A stretch of DNA of 32,000 nucleotides, from positions 1,770,001 to 1,802,000 of the forward strand of contig NC_011979.1 in the NCBI RefSeq assembly GCF_000022265.1. The letters are read 5' to 3'. The stretch is from Geotalea daltonii FRC-32. GTDB taxonomy: Bacteria; Desulfobacterota; Desulfuromonadia; Geobacterales; Geobacteraceae. The translations under genes and the position numbers were made by a program. This document shows, one piece after another, positions 28,358-32,000 of this stretch. The stretch's first letter is position 1, and each line of letters starts with the position of its first letter. The notes under the pieces are model-generated. The model did not search any database and had not been told where the DNA came from. It saw only the letters and a list, made by a program, of their open reading frames with translations.

Positions 28358-28463
28358 TTTAGTTTTTAAAACAGTGTTTTTGTATAATTCAAGTGCATAT
28401 GGCTGCTAGAAGCCTTGCTGCACAGCGCCCATGTATTAATTTCTTAAAGCATGTATAAAATAC

Positions 28464-28499
28464 CACAAAATTTTTAAAATTTGTGATATTTTTTATCAC
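28464..28499. promoter_or_regulatory. Two overlapping AT-rich palindromes (candidate operator) in the divergent Moco-gene control region
   Basis: CACAAAATTTTTAAAATTTGTG (28464-28485, 9 of 11 symmetric pairs) overlaps GTGATA-ttttt-TATCAC (28483-28499). A possible -10 TAAAAT sits at 28475-28480. Confidence 0.3.
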
Positions 28500-28507
28500 G
28501 GCATTTT

Positions 28508-28695
28508 GCTAGCTGGTGTCCATCCGGAAACTCCGTATGTGACACTAGCAGTTTCCAGATCGGAAATGAGGGATTTTTTGTCCTGGCAAGTCAATCAAGG
28601 GGTTGCGCGGAGGCGTACATCGGTACGCAGCACAAGCAAGCCCGCAGGTTGACACCGCCAGGGCAAAAAAGAGCCGTTTCCGGATGGAAACTAGC
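28508..28695 (+). other. 188-nt highly self-complementary element in the moaA leader (unclassified cis-regulatory RNA, or a MITE-like inverted-repeat element)
   Basis: Nested pairings:
- 28508-12 with 28691-95 (5 bp).
- 28520-31 with 28676-87 (12 bp, perfect).
- 28574-87 with 28657-70 (14 bp, one G-U).
- 28590-94 with 28649-53 (5 bp).
- Apical GCGTAC-atcg-GTACGC (28613-28628).
- A side hairpin at 28551-28567. Confidence 0.5.
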
Positions 28696-28716
28696 TAAAA
28701 ATAATTGGTGGAGTCA

Positions 28717-29697
28717 ATGAAACTACTTGATACCCATGGCCGTCATATCAACTATCTTCGCCTTTCCGTGACCGACCGCTGCAACTTGCGCTGCAGTTAT
28801 TGCATGCCTGAGCAGGGGATCGAAAAGCTTTGCCATGGTGATATCCTCAGTTACGAGGATTTGGTCAGCGTGGCCCGGCAGGCTGTTGCCATCGGCATAG
28901 AAAAAATTCGCATCACCGGTGGCGAGCCGCTGGTGCGCAGAGACATCATCCGATTTTTAAAGGAACTGTCCGCTGTGCCAGGCCTGAAGCAACTGGTGCT
29001 GACCACCAACGGCTTGTTACTGGCGGAAATGGCTGAGGATCTGTTTAAGGCCGGAGTCCAGCGGCTTAATATCAGCCTGGATTCCCTGAAGGAGCAGACT
29101 TTTGCCCACATTACCCGCGGTGGTGACGTGCACAGAGTCCTGAGAGGATTGGACGCAGCTGAAGCAGCCGGTTTCCCGCCCCATAAGATCAACATGGTGG
29201 TGATGCGTGGCATCAATGACGAAGAGGTGCTGGATTTTGCGGCTATGACCTTGGAGCGCCCCTATGCTGTGCGTTTCATCGAATACATGCCGACCTTGCA
29301 GGCTGACAACTGGCGAGACCTGTCAGTTTCCGGAAGTGAGATTTTAGAGCGGATCGGCAAGAGATATGAGTTGGTCCCCTATGGCAGCCAGGAACTGTCC
29401 GGCCCGTCACGGAATTTCAAGATCAAAGGGTCTGCCGGCTCAATCGGCATCATTACTCCTATTTCCGGGCATTTCTGTAGCGACTGCAACCGCATCAGGG
29501 TCACTTCTGCCGGAATGGCCAAGGGCTGCCTGCTGTCCGGGGATGGTATGGATCTTAAGCCGCTTCTGAGACTGGGAGACGAAAAACGGCTGCGGGAGGC
29601 GTTACGACAGATTGTTGCCGGCAAGCCGGACCGGCATGGCCTGGATGATAACAACAAGGAATTGCAGCCCTTCGCCATGTCAAGGGTCGGGGGCTAG
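28717..29697 (+). CDS. moaA: GTP 3',8-cyclase (radical SAM Moco biosynthesis protein A)
   Basis: YLRLSVTDRCNLRCSYCMP radical-SAM motif, and the C-terminal CSDCNRIRVTSAG second-cluster motif. The ATG at 28717 follows GGTGGAG. The track start at 28705 is TTG. Confidence 0.93.
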   Translation: MKLLDTHGRHINYLRLSVTDRCNLRCSYCMPEQGIEKLCHGDILSYEDLVSVARQAVAIGIEKIRITGGEPLVRRDIIRFLKELSAVPGLKQLVLTTNGLLLAEMAEDLFKAGVQRLNISLDSLKEQTFAHITRGGDVHRVLRGLDAAEAAGFPPHKINMVVMRGINDEEVLDFAAMTLERPYAVRFIEYMPTLQADNWRDLSVSGSEILERIGKRYELVPYGSQELSGPSRNFKIKGSAGSIGIITPISGHFCSDCNRIRVTSAGMAKGCLLSGDGMDLKPLLRLGDEKRLREALRQIVAGKPDRHGLDDNNKELQPFAMSRVGG

Positions 29698-29705
29698 GAA
29701 AGGAT

Positions 29706-30152
29706 ATGAAAGATATGTCGGCAAAGGTACTAGCAGTATGCATCAGTGAGAAAAAAGGGGAGCGGAAGACTCCGGTTGCTTCGGTGGAGTTGAAGGAGAA
29801 TCACGGGGTTGTCGGTGATGCCCATGCCGGTGATTGGCACCGTCAGGTGAGCCTTTTGGCAATGGAGAGCATCCGCAAGATGCAGGCGCTGGGACTTTCC
29901 GTTGATACTGGAGATTTTGCCGAGAACATAACAACCGAAGGGATAGAGTTGGTCTCTCTGCCCATCGGCACCAGGCTCACCATCGGACCCACGGAAATGG
30001 AAGTTACCCAGATCGGCAAAGAGTGCCATACCCGCTGTGCCATCTACTACCAGGCCGGTGACTGCGTCATGCCCAAGGAAGGGATCTTTGCCAGGGTCAT
30101 TACCGGCGGCACGATCAAGCCCGGTGATGGGATTGCGGTGAAGGAGCGTTGA
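29706..30152 (+). CDS. MOSC domain-containing protein
   Basis: 148 aa with GVVGDAHAG...RQVSLL...GENITTEG...IGKECHTRCAIY, the typical MOSC beta-barrel with its conserved Cys. Follows moaA after an 8-nt gap. Confidence 0.85.
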   Translation: MKDMSAKVLAVCISEKKGERKTPVASVELKENHGVVGDAHAGDWHRQVSLLAMESIRKMQALGLSVDTGDFAENITTEGIELVSLPIGTRLTIGPTEMEVTQIGKECHTRCAIYYQAGDCVMPKEGIFARVITGGTIKPGDGIAVKER

Positions 30153-30233
30153 TTGGTGATTGGTGATTGGTGATTGGTGAGGTGGTAACTTCGAACTTCG
30201 AACTTCGAACCTAGAACCTAGAACCTAGAACCT
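30150..30233. repeat. Twelve in-phase heptanucleotide tandem units: (TGATTGG)4 TGAGGTG GTAACTT (CGAACTT)2 CGAACCT (AGAACCT)3
   Basis: Read directly, base by base. Strict 7-nt phase is held from 30150 to 30233. The array contains the TGA stop of the MOSC gene (30150-52) and the TAG stop of the convergent kinase (30225-27, minus strand). Confidence 0.95.
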
Positions 30234-32000
30234 GCCTTTAATAGGCAGCGAAACCTTAAAGGTGCTTCCTTTCCCCGCTTTGCTTTCTACCCGAATTGTC
30301 CCGCCGTGGTCATTGACGATACCGTATGATACTGACAGGCCCAACCCCGTGCCGTTTGCCTTGGTGGTAAAGAAGGGGTTGAATATCTGCTGTAGATTAT
30401 CTGCCTCTATGCCGGTGCCGGTGTCGGCAATCATTATCTCTGTCTGCTCCCGTTGACGGTCCAGCTGAGTTCTTACCGTCAGGATACCCCCCTTGTCCAT
30501 CGCCTGAATCGCATTTAGCACCAGATTCGTCAAAACCTGTCGGATCTGTTCACTGTCCCCCTCCAGGATGGGCAACCCCGGCTCATATTCCTTGATAATA
30601 CGGATATGGGAAAGGGGCACCTGGTGCACGATCTGAGCGAGAATTTCCTCCATCAGCTCATTGACCCGCACGTGCCCCAGCTGTTTCTTTTCCTGGCGGG
30701 CGAATCTGAGCAGGTTGCCGACGATGCGCTCCACTCGCCCCACCTGCTGATAAATGGTATCCACCTCGTCCCGGTTGTCCGCCCCTTCCGGCACCGACAT
30801 CTGCAGCAATTCCGTGTTGCCCCGGATGATGGCCATGGGGTTGTTGATCTCATGGGCAACGCCGGCGGCCAGCTCGCCGATGGCGGCAAGTTTCTCCGCC
30901 CGGACCAGTTCTTCCCTGGCCTTCACCAGCAGCCGGTTCTTCTCCTCCAGTTCTGCCGTTCGCTCCCGGACCTTGTTTTCCAATCCCCTGTTCAGCTCCC
31001 TGATATCATCCTCGCGCTGCATCAGAGCCCGGTTCATCTGGTTGAATTCCTCTGCCAGATCCCCCAGTTCATCCCGGCTGGATATCAGGCACTGCACATC
31101 CCGTTCCCCCGCAGCCACGCGCCGTGCCGCATTTTCCAGTTCCTTGACCGGTTTTGCCAGGCGGGCCGCCAACCAACCTGCTACGGCAATGCCGATCACC
31201 GCTCCCACCAGCAGGACGCCGCTGAAGAGGAGTCCCAGCCTAAACTTGATGGCGGTGTATGGCTTCTCAAGCATCCCCACATAGAGGGAGCCGAGGGGGA
31301 CGCCATCGACGGAGAGGATCGGTTCATAGGCGGTAAAATACCAGTCATTGACGACGAAGGCCCGGTCGATCCATTTTTCCTTGTGCAGGATGACCCGATT
31401 ATAGACCTCTTCCGAAAGCCGGGTGCCGATTGCGCGCGATCCGCCTGAGGTCAGGACGTTGGTGGCGATGCGCAGGTCGCCGAGAAAGATGGTGGCGCTC
31501 CCCACGTCCTTGCCATCGGCCTTCACCCCTTCGTAGACGATGCTCTTGATCTTGTCCACCAGGCTATTGTTCTTGTTGAGGAGGACGCCGCCGCAGAGGG
31601 CGCCGATAATCCGCCCTGCGCCGTCCCTGACCGGTGCGGCGGCAATGAGCATCATTCCGGCCCGTTCCATGGTCTCGGTGGTGGGCCGTGCATGGGGGGT
31701 GGAGAGGATGGGTATGGTAGCTTGTTCTGCCAGCTGATTTCCTTCCATGGCCATGGCCTCGGCCGACACGATCCAGGTACCGGCAATGATTTCCCCCTTG
31801 AGGGCACGGGTGATGACCGGGTTACGGGACTTGTCGTCACTGGAGGCGGCCGGGTTGTTGGCGCGGTACAGGACTCTGCCCTGGGCATCCAGCGCCATGA
31901 ACAGATCAAGCTGCTCTGTCTGCCTCAGGGGGGCGAGAATGCCGGCCAGCACCTCCCTGTTGCCGTGGAGGGCTGCGGCGGTGTAGGGGGCGGAAGCTGT
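30225..32000 (-). CDS. Sensor histidine kinase (extracytoplasmic Cache-like region, TM, HAMP, HisKA, HATPase_c), 5'-partial
   Basis: H-box AAGVAHEINNPMAII. N/G boxes LTNLVLNAIQAM, DTGTGIE and GTGLGLSVS. TM LLFSGVLLVGAVIGIAVAGWLAA followed by a HAMP-like segment. The frame stays open upstream of the track's GVG start... corrected: the track's GTG start (31952) through base 32000, so the N-terminus is probably outside the window. Confidence 0.87.
   Translation of the reverse strand, partial: TASAPYTAAALHGNREVLAGILAPLRQTEQLDLFMALDAQGRVLYRANNPAASSDDKSRNPVITRALKGEIIAGTWIVSAEAMAMEGNQLAEQATIPILSTPHARPTTETMERAGMMLIAAAPVRDGAGRIIGALCGGVLLNKNNSLVDKIKSIVYEGVKADGKDVGSATIFLGDLRIATNVLTSGGSRAIGTRLSEEVYNRVILHKEKWIDRAFVVNDWYFTAYEPILSVDGVPLGSLYVGMLEKPYTAIKFRLGLLFSGVLLVGAVIGIAVAGWLAARLAKPVKELENAARRVAAGERDVQCLISSRDELGDLAEEFNQMNRALMQREDDIRELNRGLENKVRERTAELEEKNRLLVKAREELVRAEKLAAIGELAAGVAHEINNPMAIIRGNTELLQMSVPEGADNRDEVDTIYQQVGRVERIVGNLLRFARQEKKQLGHVRVNELMEEILAQIVHQVPLSHIRIIKEYEPGLPILEGDSEQIRQVLTNLVLNAIQAMDKGGILTVRTQLDRQREQTEIMIADTGTGIEADNLQQIFNPFFTTKANGTGLGLSVSYGIVNDHGGTIRVESKAGKGSTFKVSLPIKGRF

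Noticed and set aside
30150-30233. The heptamer arrays as phase-variation (slipped-strand) switches for the flanking genes, or as a mini-CRISPR.
   Set aside because: Both stop codons lie in the first repeat unit met by each reading frame, so copy-number change cannot alter either protein. The units are contiguous with no spacers, so this is not a CRISPR array.

Overview
The window looks like a chromosomal, mostly housekeeping region of a roughly 55% GC anaerobe. Gene content suggests a Geobacter-like Desulfuromonadales organism, but that is inference only. I found no transposase, integrase, phage gene, CRISPR array or recognisable defence system.

Gene content, in order:
- A 3'-partial sensor kinase that is missing from the ORF track.
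- An OmpA-family protein with two tandem OmpA_C domains.
- A translationally coupled pair of cytoplasmic PAS/GAF kinases.
- A flavin reductase-like protein and a 4-OT tautomerase, convergent with hcp. hcp has a TTGAC-N4-GTCAA CRP/FNR-type box upstream.
- A 2393-aa secreted protein with four beta-propellers (Kelch, Kelch, Kelch-like, NHL).
- tRNA-Arg(CCG).
- An MBL-fold protein, a DUF1573 protein and hpt.
- A zinc-ribbon/DUF3426 protein with a long acidic repeat region.
- A 55-aa 2x[4Fe-4S] ferredoxin, and convergent ackA and pta.
- A molybdenum-cofactor locus of two divergent units. On the minus strand: Moco-type riboswitch, ABC permease, ABC ATPase, moeA, moaC. On the plus strand: moaA and a MOSC-domain gene.
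- A 5'-partial Cache/HAMP sensor kinase.

The most unusual non-coding signals:
1. A 188-nt highly self-complementary element sits in the moaA leader. It carries three copies of a GTTTCC-N4-GGAAAC module and lacks the Moco hallmark motifs.
2. The whole spacer between the convergent MOSC and kinase genes is 12 in-phase heptanucleotide units, with both stop codons inside the array.

Several ORF-track starts are revised on ribosome-binding-site and promoter evidence: hpt, pta, ferredoxin, moeA, moaA and the PAS/GAF kinase.

All family assignments come from motif recognition by eye. No database search was run.
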